Source: a virus (Duplodnaviria > Caudoviricetes). From it: 55,784 bases of DNA. This document shows positions 1 through 8,974 of the stretch, in pieces. Each line of letters opens with the position of its first letter. The first letter of the stretch is position 1. The position numbers were made by a program, and so were the translations under genes. The notes below the pieces were generated by a model. It did no database searches. It was not told where the DNA came from and saw only the letters and a program-made list of their open reading frames with translations. The stretch is taken from IMG/VR virus record IMGVR_UViG_3300049982_000336, positions 1 to 55,784 of that record; one strand, 5' to 3'.

Positions 1-1008
1 ATGGCCGAAATCATCCCCATCACCGCCGCGCGCAGTCGCCGTCCTGCCCCTGCGCCGGCGCCCGCACGCCCCCGGCGCAAGCCGATCACCCCCCAGGGAG
101 CCCCCTTGGCGGCTCTCCTCAACTCCTGGCGGCTCTCCCTGCAAGGGGCGACCAAGAGCCCGAAGACCATCGGCAACTACACCGACACCGCGGCGAGGTT
201 CATCCGCTTCCTCCAGGAACGCGACTACCCCTGCGACGCCGAGGGCGTCCAGGCCGAGCACGTCCGCAAGTTCCTGATCTACGAGAGGGAACGCACCAGC
301 GCCAGCAGCGCCGCACACCATTTCCGTAACCTGCGCGTGTGGTTCAACTGGCTGATCGACACCGAAGGGGAGCGCACCACCGCCAGCCCGGTCGTGCCCA
401 GCGATGCCCCCCGGGTGGCAGACAAGGTCAGGGCGTACATCACCGAGGAGGAGCAGCAGGCGCTGCTGAAAGTTTGCTCGAGCAACAGCTTCGACGATCG
501 CCGCGACAACGCGATCCTGCGGGTGTTCATGGACAACGGCGTCCGGGTGAGCGGTCTGGCCAACGTGCTGTTCGACGGAGTCGACCTCGGCAGCCACACC
601 TTGAAGATCACGCTCAAGGGTGGCAACGAGCTCCTGGTCCCGATCGTCGCGAAGACCGCCGCGGCGGTGGACCGGTATCTCCGTGTCCGAGCCGGCCACC
701 CGAAGGCCAATGAGTCGCCGTGGCTGTGGCTCGGCTCACGCGGCCGGGGTACCGGCCACTTCACGCATTCGGGCGTGCGGACCATGCTGGCCCGGCGAGG
801 GACGCAGGCCGGGGTGAAGGACGTGCATCCGCACCGGTTCCGCGGTACGGCCGCACACGAACTCCTCAAGGCGGGGGTTCACCCGGACGCGGTCATGCGG
901 ATCATGGGGTGGCGAACTCAGGCGATGCTGGGGATGTACACCGAGGAGCTGGCGGGAGAACGGGCGCGGGAGATGCACGCGCAGTTGTCTCCGGGGAATA
1001 GGCGCTGA
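1..1008 (+). CDS. Tyrosine recombinase (phage integrase)
   Basis: N-terminal core-binding region (SPKTIGNY), catalytic R (GVRVSG), K, HPHRFR, MGW (W variant of second His) and Tyr (MLGMY). Confidence 0.95.
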   Translation: MAEIIPITAARSRRPAPAPAPARPRRKPITPQGAPLAALLNSWRLSLQGATKSPKTIGNYTDTAARFIRFLQERDYPCDAEGVQAEHVRKFLIYERERTSASSAAHHFRNLRVWFNWLIDTEGERTTASPVVPSDAPRVADKVRAYITEEEQQALLKVCSSNSFDDRRDNAILRVFMDNGVRVSGLANVLFDGVDLGSHTLKITLKGGNELLVPIVAKTAAAVDRYLRVRAGHPKANESPWLWLGSRGRGTGHFTHSGVRTMLARRGTQAGVKDVHPHRFRGTAAHELLKAGVHPDAVMRIMGWRTQAMLGMYTEELAGERAREMHAQLSPGNRR

Positions 1009-1015
1009 GTGTGGG

Positions 1016-1051
1016 GGGCCTCGCTCGCATCAGCACTTGCGAGCGGGGCCC
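1016..1051. terminator. GC-rich hairpin between convergent genes
   Basis: GGGCCTCGCTCGCA...TGCGAGCGGGGCCC inverted repeat just after the integrase stop. Confidence 0.55.
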
Positions 1052-1105
1052 GGCGCTCACATCCACGCTCTGGGAAGCCGGGGAAGGGGAAGGCCGGGTG
1101 AGCGT

Positions 1106-1357
1106 TTACCAGTCTCTGTCGCCGCGGTTCTTGTTCTTGCGTCCGTGCCGGTAGCCGACGCGGTACTCGAGGCCGCAACGGTCCATCCACCACATGAGGG
1201 TGAGAACGGCGGCAGCGGTTGTGACGATGCGCTGGAGAGGGGCCAAACCCTCAACAGGCCAAACCAGGACGATCAAGGAGTAGATGAATGTCGCGATCCA
1301 TAGGGTGATCGCCCCGACCGGGATGAGTAGACGCACGAGATCTCCTCCGTAAGCCAT
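1106..1357 (-). CDS. Small two-TM membrane protein downstream of the repressor
   Basis: MAYGGDLVRLLIPVGAITLW..., two hydrophobic segments and a basic tail. Lower GC than flanks. Start uncertain. Confidence 0.55.
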   Translation of the reverse strand: MAYGGDLVRLLIPVGAITLWIATFIYSLIVLVWPVEGLAPLQRIVTTAAAVLTLMWWMDRCGLEYRVGYRHGRKNKNRGDRDW

Positions 1358-1483
1358 GCTGTTCACAGGAAACTTTCCTGTTGTTACAGCGGCACGTGTG
1401 TTCCACGCGTGGCATGACGTGACCGTTGACGCACGCCGGAGAGTTTTTCCTTCACAATCCCACAATGTGTTGCGTGATTTTTG

Positions 1484-1939
1484 TCACATCTCGCGCTTTT
1501 CGGCCTCATCGGCCTCGAGACGGACGCGATCAGCGAAACGCTCGTTCGCCAGCTGCTGCAGCTTTGCCAGGTGCCTCTGTTCGGACTCGCGCACCCGCTC
1601 CAAGAACTCACGGCGCTTCTGCGGCAGCCGCGCCAGGAGCGCTTCGGTCTCCAGGTCGCCCTCGACGTCCAGTATGGCGTGCGGCTCGGTGGGCGTCTCG
1701 GCGTGAAGCAGACCGGCCAGAGTGAACGCCTCCGTGCGATCGATGCCGACCGCGTCGGCGAGCTTCTGCACCGTCGAAGGTGACGGCGACTTCTTGAGCT
1801 TCGGCAATCGCAGGTAGACCGAACGATCTATACCTGCCCGTCTGGCCAGCTCGGTGTCGTTCCACCCGAGGTTCAACTTCGCCCTCTCGACGCGCTCCCA
1901 GAAGGCAATCGCCGGGGAGCGCGTTCCATCCCTCGCCAT
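1484..1939 (-). CDS. XRE-family HTH immunity repressor
   Basis: WNDTELARRAGIDRSVYLRL...PSPSTVQKLADAVG is an HTH_3 pattern, and the gene is divergent from a Cro/Xis-like gene. Confidence 0.88.
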   Translation of the reverse strand: MARDGTRSPAIAFWERVERAKLNLGWNDTELARRAGIDRSVYLRLPKLKKSPSPSTVQKLADAVGIDRTEAFTLAGLLHAETPTEPHAILDVEGDLETEALLARLPQKRREFLERVRESEQRHLAKLQQLANERFADRVRLEADEAEKREM

Positions 1940-2011
1940 GGTGCTTGTTGTAGCACGTTGAGCGGTAGCACAACGATTTGTGCTTGCAAATCATGCCCGA
2001 ATTCATAGGTT

Positions 2012-2080
2012 CCATGGGGCGTCTTGCGGTACGTTGTGGCATCTTGTAGCGTCACAGAACAACATGCAGCGACATGCATC
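2012..2080 (+). promoter_or_regulatory. Early lytic promoter with operator inverted repeat (copy 1)
   Basis: TTGCGG(2024-2029)-N17-TAGCGT(2047-2052). Near-duplicate at 11740-11808. Confidence 0.7.
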
Positions 2081-2101
2081 ACACTGATCACGCGAGGCTC
2101 C

Positions 2102-2317
2102 ATGAAAGTCGCAACCGAAAAGGGTTATTTGACCATCACTGAGGCCTGTGAGCGTCTGGATCGTTCCCGTTGGACCATCACACGCCTCATCCGCAACAGG
2201 AAGCTGAAGTCAGTGAAGCGGGGGAACGCGCGCAACGCCGAGGTGCTCATCGTCGAAACGTCGGTCGAGGACTACAAGAGGTCCCTCGCCGTCCCACCGG
2301 CGTCCGAGGTGCGCTGA
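2102..2317 (+). CDS. HTH_17 excisionase/Cro-like protein
   Basis: YLTITEACERLDRSRWTITRLIRNRKL, ATG at 2102 after GAGG. Confidence 0.85.
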   Translation: MKVATEKGYLTITEACERLDRSRWTITRLIRNRKLKSVKRGNARNAEVLIVETSVEDYKRSLAVPPASEVR

Positions 2318-2608
2318 ATGGCCACCTCCAGGCTGTCCACCGTCCGTCGTATGGCGGCCGACATTTCGTGGGCGCGGACCCCGAACAGGACCGAGCGGAC
2401 CGAGGCGGCACGACGTGCCGGCCCCACCCGCATCGAGCACTGGATCGCCAAGATCCGCGCCGAGGGCAAGGTCCGCGAGCAGGACATCGTCAAGAACGCC
2501 GAGTCCATGCTGCGCGCCCACATGACCAAGGTGTCGCTCGCCGCCGCCGAAGCGCGCCGCGTGAAGGCCGCCGGCCAGGAGTCGGACGCCGGCTCGACGG
2601 CGGCCTGA
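2318..2608 (+). CDS. Hypothetical phage protein
   Basis: Abuts the previous stop, high GC3, SWARTPNRTERTEAARRA motif. Confidence 0.75.
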   Translation: MATSRLSTVRRMAADISWARTPNRTERTEAARRAGPTRIEHWIAKIRAEGKVREQDIVKNAESMLRAHMTKVSLAAAEARRVKAAGQESDAGSTAA

Positions 2609-2701
2609 ACGTAAACGGGGCCCCGAACCGCGGCTACGGCCGGGAGCCCCACGACCCACCAACCCGCAATCCCATTCCGTGTGAAAGGAGCTGGTGAAGC
2701 C

Positions 2702-3127
2702 GTGTCTACGGTAACCCAGACCCAACCCCCCGATCAGGCGCCCGACCGCGCCCTGCTCGCCGTGACGTTGGTGACCGGCCGGGCCCGCGCCTACAACGAC
2801 ATCGCCGCGTGGCTGGCCGGCAACCCGGGCATCGCCGCGCAGACGTCGCTCATAGACTCCGGGCCCGGGCACGTGCTCATTCCCGTCAGCGACGCCAAAG
2901 ACCCGAAGGCCTGCATGGCGGATATCGCCGCGCGGGGTGTCGCGGCCGGCGCCATCGCCGAGGGGTACGTCGGCGACGAGTACGCCGGGATGCTGCTGCA
3001 CTTCGGCCCGGTCTTCGTCGACGTGTACGCCCACCCGCACCTGGTGTGCGAGGAGGGCGAGGTCACTACCCGCGGGCTGCGCCTGGCGGTGCCGGTGCCG
3101 TCTGGCGAGACGGGGGCGACCGCGTGA
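2702..3127 (+). CDS. Hypothetical protein
   Basis: GAAAGGAG RBS upstream of GTG, high GC3. Confidence 0.7.
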   Translation: MSTVTQTQPPDQAPDRALLAVTLVTGRARAYNDIAAWLAGNPGIAAQTSLIDSGPGHVLIPVSDAKDPKACMADIAARGVAAGAIAEGYVGDEYAGMLLHFGPVFVDVYAHPHLVCEEGEVTTRGLRLAVPVPSGETGATA

Positions 3128-3240
3128 TCGCCGTCCCGTTCCGGGCCCGCGCGCTCCTGGTGGTCGCCGCCGGCCTCGACGAGCTGTTCTGGCTGCTGCG
3201 CCTGGACCGCCGCGCCGCGCAGCCGGAGCTCACTCGATGA
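3124..3240 (+). CDS. Small hydrophobic peptide (38 aa)
   Basis: GTGA and ATGA overlaps couple it to both neighbours. Confidence 0.5.
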   Translation: MIAVPFRARALLVVAAGLDELFWLLRLDRRAAQPELTR

Positions 3241-3872
3241 ACGCCCTGGAGTACAAGCCCGGCGAGGTCGTGGACATCACGATCACGGCTGCCCGGCTGT
3301 CCACCTCGCACGCACAACCGCCCGCCGTGGACCACCTCGGCGTCTTCGTCGACGAGCGCTACTTGCGCATCCCCCTCGGCGCCTCCGTCGCCATCACCCG
3401 GTGTGTCCCTGCCGAGGGCATGCCCAAGCCCGGCGAGGTGTGGGAGACCTGTGACGGCCGCCGGGTGTTCGTGGTCGAGCAGCGGGACCGCTACGACAAC
3501 ACCCACATCCGTTTCATCGACGGGACCAACTCCTTCCACCTCGAGGACCTGCTCGGCCGGGGCCCGCTGACGCCGATCTGGCGCGAGGAGGTCCCGCCCG
3601 CTGTCGTCGACCCCGAGACGAACCCCGAGGCGTGGTCCACCGACGAGCCGGAGCAGCTGCCCATCGGCGGCGTGACCCCCGGCGCGATCGTCCGCACGCC
3701 GGAGTGGGTCGACGGCGATCCGGTGCGCATCGTGTCCGTCGAGCACGAGAACACCGTGCCGGAGACCGTGAAGGTCATCTACGAGTACCTCGACGGCAGC
3801 GGCCGAGCCGGGCGCCCCGGCATCCCCGCCGACTTCCAGGTCACCCCGGTCTCCCCTGAGGTGTACCTGTGA
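3237..3872 (+). CDS. Hypothetical protein
   Basis: MNALEYKPGEVV..., ATGA overlap, high GC3. Confidence 0.75.
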   Translation: MNALEYKPGEVVDITITAARLSTSHAQPPAVDHLGVFVDERYLRIPLGASVAITRCVPAEGMPKPGEVWETCDGRRVFVVEQRDRYDNTHIRFIDGTNSFHLEDLLGRGPLTPIWREEVPPAVVDPETNPEAWSTDEPEQLPIGGVTPGAIVRTPEWVDGDPVRIVSVEHENTVPETVKVIYEYLDGSGRAGRPGIPADFQVTPVSPEVYL

Positions 3873-4306
3873 CCGCGCCCGCGCTCACCCGGCAGGCGAT
3901 CCTGCGCGGCGCCGGCGACATCCTCACCACCCAAGGCCGCCACATCGGCGACTACTACGACGCCGCCCAGGTCCGAGAAACCGGGCTGCCGCCCGCGAGG
4001 TGCCGCGTGTGCCTGCTCGCGGCCATCGCCATCACCGCCGGCCTGGACCTGGTGCTGTTCATCTACCAGGCCACTGTGGGCGACGACCCGGCCGAGCTCG
4101 CCGCCGTCGCCGCGGCCGAGGCCATGTGCCGCCACCTCGACCTCATCAAGCCCGCCCAAGTCGACGTGGACCCCGAGCTGGTCCTCGACTCCCTCTACTA
4201 CTGGCACGACGGCCATGACGCGCTCACCCCGCCCACCACCGCGGAGGTCCTCGCCGCGCTGACCGCCACTGCCGACGCCCTCGACGCGCAGGAGACTCAC
4301 CGATGA
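3869..4306 (+). CDS. Hypothetical protein (DUF6197-like)
   Basis: CLLAAI and WHD...TAEVLAAL patterns, coupled stop/start. Confidence 0.65.
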   Translation: MTAPALTRQAILRGAGDILTTQGRHIGDYYDAAQVRETGLPPARCRVCLLAAIAITAGLDLVLFIYQATVGDDPAELAAVAAAEAMCRHLDLIKPAQVDVDPELVLDSLYYWHDGHDALTPPTTAEVLAALTATADALDAQETHR

Positions 4307-5073
4307 TCACCGACACCCACACCAGTTACCTGCGCATCATGCTGCGCACCTCGCAGGACAAGACCCGCGGCTGGCAGGGGCTCATCGACCACGCCGTCCC
4401 CCGCTGCCCCGAGGCCATCCTCGCCGAGCTGCGCAGCCAGCTCTCCGTCTCCGAGCAGGAGACCGAAGGCTGGCGCAGCATGCACGACTACGCCGCCGCC
4501 AACCTGGCGTTGCCCGCGGAGCTCGCGCAGGCGGAGGCGCAGCGGCTCGCCGCCGACGTGGCGCAGTACTCCACGGGCGCCCGCCTGGACGCGCCGCCGC
4601 GCACCTGCACGTGCGGGCAGCCGGACGCGCCGTGGCTGTTGCACCGCTCCGACGGACACCCGTGCCTCCCCTTGCAGTACCGCAACGACGGCCCCTCCCC
4701 CAGCGGGGTTCAGCCCGTGGTGCCCGAGCTGCCGCCGTGCACCTGCGGCCTGCCTGGCACCCCCGGCATGTGGCACCGGTTCGACGAGCAGCCCTGCGAG
4801 GTCATCCCGCCCGACCAGCCGGTTCCGGGCGAGCCCCCGGCCGAGGGCGGCCAGGACCCCACTGCGACGGCCGTCATGCCGCAGCTGAGCCCCGAGGACT
4901 TCGTGGATCAGGTGGCCGCGCGGTCCCGGCAGGACAGCGCGCTGCGCCGCCTCGGCGAGGTGGACGAGTCGGAGGACGGCCCGCAGCACCGGGCGCCGCG
5001 CCCGGCGAAGACCGGTCGGGAGCCGTACCCGACCGTGGCCGAGCTCGACCGGATCCGCAGGGAACAGTCGTGA
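4303..5073 (+). CDS. Hypothetical protein with two CTCG...H...PC repeats
   Basis: CTCGQPDAPWLLHRSDGHPC and CTCGLPGTPGMWHRFDEQPC. Confidence 0.7.
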   Translation: MITDTHTSYLRIMLRTSQDKTRGWQGLIDHAVPRCPEAILAELRSQLSVSEQETEGWRSMHDYAAANLALPAELAQAEAQRLAADVAQYSTGARLDAPPRTCTCGQPDAPWLLHRSDGHPCLPLQYRNDGPSPSGVQPVVPELPPCTCGLPGTPGMWHRFDEQPCEVIPPDQPVPGEPPAEGGQDPTATAVMPQLSPEDFVDQVAARSRQDSALRRLGEVDESEDGPQHRAPRPAKTGREPYPTVAELDRIRREQS

Positions 5074-5447
5074 CCCCCGCCGAGAAGCTGCGCATCGCAG
5101 CGGCCAAAGTTCGCACGATGGCCACGCCTGCTTCGCGAGGCCCGTGGCACGTCGGAGACTGCGAGCTCTATCCGCGCTGGATTCTTAGCGACGGCGAGAC
5201 CGACCAGCACGGTTACGCAGCGGACGTGATCCGCATCTCCGAGGAATGGGCGGATGAGCAGTCGGTGTCTGACGCCGACTGGCAGTGGATGGCGTTCGCT
5301 CATCCGGGCCTGGCCGAGCCGCTCGCTTTCCTCCTGGAGGAGGCCGCCAAGCAGGCCGACATGAACGTGACACGGGCACCTCGGCATCGTGTCGATGTGG
5401 CGGCCGCCCTCGCCGTCGCCCGCGCCATCAACGGGAGCGGTTCGTGA
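5070..5447 (+). CDS. Hypothetical protein (Ead/Ea22-like pattern)
   Basis: ASRGPW...DADWQWMAFAHP, GTGA overlap. Confidence 0.65.
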   Translation: MTPAEKLRIAAAKVRTMATPASRGPWHVGDCELYPRWILSDGETDQHGYAADVIRISEEWADEQSVSDADWQWMAFAHPGLAEPLAFLLEEAAKQADMNVTRAPRHRVDVAAALAVARAINGSGS

Positions 5448-5614
5448 CCTTGGCCCTCCTCCTGTCTCTCGTGCTCGCGCTGGTCGCCGCCCTCCTCGGG
5501 GTGGCGGCCAGCCGCGGCCGCCGCTGGGTCCTGCTCATCGCCTGCGGCCTGTGCTGCCAGGTGGCCATCTACAACGCCGCCCTCATCGTCGCCGGGGAGG
5601 TGACCCTCCAATGA
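5444..5614 (+). CDS. Small two-TM protein
   Basis: Hydrophobic 56 aa ORF coupled on both sides. Confidence 0.6.
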   Translation: MTLALLLSLVLALVAALLGVAASRGRRWVLLIACGLCCQVAIYNAALIVAGEVTLQ

Positions 5615-5796
5615 CCGGTCTCGGTTTCCTCGCCTGCGCGATCATCGCCGCCGTCGCAGGCCTCGGGTGCCGTGTGGCGGGTCGGTGCGGCCGTGAGGGG
5701 CTCGCCCTCGTGTTCTTCATTTGCTACCTGACTGCGGCCTGCTGGGGCTTGTTCTTCTTGGTCAGGCTGATCGTCGGGAAGCTGAGTGCCGCGTGA
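5611..5796 (+). CDS. Small two-TM protein
   Basis: GGAGG RBS, ATGA overlap, hydrophobic. Confidence 0.6.
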   Translation: MTGLGFLACAIIAAVAGLGCRVAGRCGREGLALVFFICYLTAACWGLFFLVRLIVGKLSAA

Positions 5797-6269
5797 ACGA
5801 GCCGATCATCACGATCGTGGCCGTCGGGGTACCCGGCCCGCAGGGATCCAAGCACGCCACCTTGCACAAGCATTCAGGCCGGGTCGTGACCATGGAATCG
5901 TCCAAGAAGGTCGGCCCGTGGCGGCAGGCCGTACGGGAAGCCGCCGCCGTGGCCACCGGCCCCGCGTGCGCCCGCCTCGGCCTCGCCGAATGGGAGGCCC
6001 TCGACGGGCCCCTCATCCTCCAAGCCGTCTTCTCGCTGCCCCGCGGCCGCACGGTGAAGCGCACCCATCACACCACCTACCCCGACCTGTCGAAGCTGCT
6101 CAGGTCCACGGAGGACGCGCTCACCGAGGCGGGCATCTGGGCTGACGACGCCCGCGTGGTCGGCTACCACGACCCGCGGAAGGTTTACGCCGGCGACGTC
6201 TACCCGGACGCCCTGGCCATGCCCGGCGCAGTGATCCGCATCTGGGCCGTCGAGGTGACCAGCGGATGA
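5793..6269 (+). CDS. rusA: RusA-family Holliday junction resolvase
   Basis: GVPGPQGSK...ESSKKVGPWR...PDLSKLLRSTEDALT...WADDARVV. Confidence 0.9.
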   Translation: MNEPIITIVAVGVPGPQGSKHATLHKHSGRVVTMESSKKVGPWRQAVREAAAVATGPACARLGLAEWEALDGPLILQAVFSLPRGRTVKRTHHTTYPDLSKLLRSTEDALTEAGIWADDARVVGYHDPRKVYAGDVYPDALAMPGAVIRIWAVEVTSG

Positions 6270-6583
6270 CCAGGAAGCATTACGAGCAGCCCACCGTCAT
6301 CTGCCTGGGCTGCGGCCACCTCCGCGAGCACGAAGCACGAGGCCTGTGCCACCCCTGCTACGGCTTCCACATCCACGCAGAAACCATCGACCAGTACCCG
6401 CTGATCGGCACCCATCTGTCCCATCTGTGGCGGATGCAGGACTACGTCGAGCTGCGTGCCCAGCACCTGACCAAGAAGCAGATCGCCGTGCGCCTCGGCG
6501 TCACGGTCCGCTCGGTTGAGCGGTACATCGCCAAGCACAACGCCCAACAGGCGCAGGAAGCACAACAGGAAGTCGCCGCCTGA
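6266..6583 (+). CDS. Zn-finger plus HTH DNA-binding protein
   Basis: CLGC...H.ARGLCHPCY followed by TKKQIAVRLGVTVRSVERY. Confidence 0.75.
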   Translation: MTRKHYEQPTVICLGCGHLREHEARGLCHPCYGFHIHAETIDQYPLIGTHLSHLWRMQDYVELRAQHLTKKQIAVRLGVTVRSVERYIAKHNAQQAQEAQQEVAA

Positions 6584-7434
6584 TGACCACCAAACCCCTT
6601 CACCCCGACGTGTCCAAGGCCCTCGCCGTCCTCGCGGCCGGCCGCACCATCAGCGAAACCGCCGACACGATCAACTGGCCCGCCTCCTCGATCCGCTCCC
6701 TGATCAACGCACAGAAGGGCTGGCTCATCGACGACAAGGGCCGCGTCTACGACCCGCGACAGCCGGGGTACCGCGTACGGCTCCCTGACGGCGTCCACCT
6801 CGGAAGCGGGCCGCAACCCGCAGCGCAAGCCGTGCCCGCCGAACCGGAACCGGAACCGGAACCGGAACCGGAACCAGATCCGGTCCCGGAGCCGGAGCCC
6901 GCCGCCGAGGATCTGCCCGTCATCCCCGAGGGCAGTTTCGATGACCTGTTCATCCGCGCCGAAAGCGTCGATGACCGTCGCGTCCAATCGGCGCTCCGTG
7001 CCGCGCGAACCGCCGTCGGGGTGCTTCACGAACGCCTGGCCGCGGTTGAACAACGCGCGGCCGCGGAGGCAGCGAAGGAACGCGCCCGCCAGGAGGTGCT
7101 CGACGAGGTAGCCCGGCTCGGACGCGAACTGGCCGCGGCTCAGGACCGTGCCCGGCAACTCGGCGCCAAACCGGGCAAGAAGACCAGGCCCGCCAAGCCC
7201 GCCGACACGGCCCCGGCGCCGACCGAGAAGCACCGTAAGGCCGACAGCTGGGAACCCGGCCGCGAACCAGACGCCACCCCGGCACGGCGCTACAGCCCCG
7301 GTGTCGACTATCCGCCCGTCGAGGTGCGCGCCTGGGCTAAGCAGGCCGGCTTCGGCTACCCGCGTAACGGCCGTTTCCTGCCCGGTCCGCTTGTCCAGGA
7401 ATGGCTGAACGCGCACAAGAAAGAAGACGCATGA
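6583..7434 (+). CDS. HTH / coiled-coil / Lsr2-like C-terminal DNA-binding protein
   Basis: C-terminal VEVRAWAKQAGFGYPRNGRFLPGPLVQEWLNAH resembles the Lsr2 DNA-binding domain. (PE)n linker. Confidence 0.7.
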   Translation: MTTKPLHPDVSKALAVLAAGRTISETADTINWPASSIRSLINAQKGWLIDDKGRVYDPRQPGYRVRLPDGVHLGSGPQPAAQAVPAEPEPEPEPEPEPDPVPEPEPAAEDLPVIPEGSFDDLFIRAESVDDRRVQSALRAARTAVGVLHERLAAVEQRAAAEAAKERARQEVLDEVARLGRELAAAQDRARQLGAKPGKKTRPAKPADTAPAPTEKHRKADSWEPGREPDATPARRYSPGVDYPPVEVRAWAKQAGFGYPRNGRFLPGPLVQEWLNAHKKEDA

Positions 7435-8573
7435 AGATCAGCATTGACCGTCTGAAGCTGGTGGAGGCGGTCACGTGGGCTGCGCGGGCCCTCCCGCAGC
7501 GCCCGTCGAGCCCGGTCCTGGGCGGCATCCGCTTCGAAGCCGGCGCCGACGGCAGCCTCTCGCTCGCGACGTTCGACTACGACGTGTCCGCGCGCGCCAC
7601 GATCGAGGTTGACGTGGCCGAACCGGGCAAGGTCCTGCTTCCGGGCCGGGTGCTCACCGAGATCGTCAAGGCGTTGCCAGCCAAACACGCGGGGAAGACC
7701 TACGGGACGCCGGTCGAGATGGGCCTGTCCGGCACCGAGATGGTCATCTCCTGCGGTGCGGCGGAGTTCGGGCTGGCCACCATGCCCGTCGATGACTTCC
7801 CGACGTTGCCGACGCCGCCGGAGACGATCGCCACCGTGCACCCGGGCGTGTTCCGCACCGCGGTCGACCAGGTTGCTGTGGCCGTTGGCGGCGACAACAC
7901 GCTGCCGATGCTGACCTGCGTGTGCGTCGACATCGACGGTGACGTGGCGACCATGGTGGCCACCGACCGGTACCGGATGGCCCTGCGCGACCTGACCGTC
8001 GAGGTCGACACCAACGGCGCCGCGCTGCTTCAGGCGATGGCCCCTGCCAGGGTGATGATCCCCGGCAAGACCCTGCTGGACATCGCCCACGGTCTCGGCG
8101 TCGGCCCGCTGCTGATCCGCCTGTCCAAGCACCTGGCCGCGTTCACCTGCGACGGCCGCACCACCACCGTGCGGCTGCTCGACGAGCAGTTCATCGAGTA
8201 CCGCGAACGCCTGGAGTTGGACTATCCGACGTGGGCCACCTTCGACGTCGCCCAGCTGACGGAGACGGTGAAACGCATCTCCCTGGTGGCCGAACGCAAC
8301 ACCCCGGTCCGCATGTCCTTCTCCTCCGGCGAGGTCCTGGTGCAGGCCGGCGGCGGGGACACCGGGCGAGGTTCGGAACCGGTCGCCGTCGAGCTCGACG
8401 GGGATGACATTCAGATCGCGTTCCAGCCGAACTACCTGCTCGCGGCACTTGGCGGGGTGGTCGGCGAGCGGGCGCGCATCGGCCTGCGCGAATCGACGAA
8501 GCCTGCCGTAGTCGCCGAGATCGACAGCGACGACTACCGGCACCTGGTCATGCCCATCCGCCTCGCCTCCTGA
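7431..8573 (+). CDS. dnaN: DNA polymerase III beta sliding clamp homolog
   Basis: ARALPQRPSSPVLGGI, TFDYDVS, ATDRYRMA, IAFQPNYL, RHLVMPIRL. 380 aa. Confidence 0.95.
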   Translation: MKISIDRLKLVEAVTWAARALPQRPSSPVLGGIRFEAGADGSLSLATFDYDVSARATIEVDVAEPGKVLLPGRVLTEIVKALPAKHAGKTYGTPVEMGLSGTEMVISCGAAEFGLATMPVDDFPTLPTPPETIATVHPGVFRTAVDQVAVAVGGDNTLPMLTCVCVDIDGDVATMVATDRYRMALRDLTVEVDTNGAALLQAMAPARVMIPGKTLLDIAHGLGVGPLLIRLSKHLAAFTCDGRTTTVRLLDEQFIEYRERLELDYPTWATFDVAQLTETVKRISLVAERNTPVRMSFSSGEVLVQAGGGDTGRGSEPVAVELDGDDIQIAFQPNYLLAALGGVVGERARIGLRESTKPAVVAEIDSDDYRHLVMPIRLAS

Positions 8574-8608
8574 CCCCCGCATCCAGTTCACCCCCTGAAA
8601 GGAATTTC

Positions 8609-8974
8609 GTGACCGATACCGACAGCGACGGCCAAGTCCGGCCGTTCGCCGCCACCCTCCAGGCCATCCAGCGAGGCGCCGTCCTCGAAGAGGCGTCCAT
8701 CGGCCTGAAAGAGGTCGTCGAGGCCGTCATCGAAACCGGGCGGAAAGGCAAGCTGACCCTGGTCATCGACATCGAACCGGTGAAGGGCAACTCGGACGCG
8801 CTCAACGTGTCCGGGAAGGTCACCACGAGCCTCCCGTCCATCCCGGCCGCGTCGGTGTTCTTCGCCGACGGCGGCAACCTGGTCCGCGACGACCCCCGCC
8901 AAGCCCCGATCGTCGACCTGCGCGAGCTCAACCCCGGCAACCGCGACAACGTCCGAGAGGTCAACCCCCGATGA
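8609..8974 (+). CDS. Hypothetical phage protein (usual partner of DUF2303)
   Basis: VIETGRKGKLTL...FFADGGNLVRDDPRQ, GAAAGGA RBS. Confidence 0.8.
   Translation: MTDTDSDGQVRPFAATLQAIQRGAVLEEASIGLKEVVEAVIETGRKGKLTLVIDIEPVKGNSDALNVSGKVTTSLPSIPAASVFFADGGNLVRDDPRQAPIVDLRELNPGNRDNVREVNPR

Noticed and set aside
6838-6900. GAACCG tandem repeat as a phase-variation tract
   Set aside because: The 6-bp unit is in frame and encodes a (PE)n linker, so length change would not switch expression.
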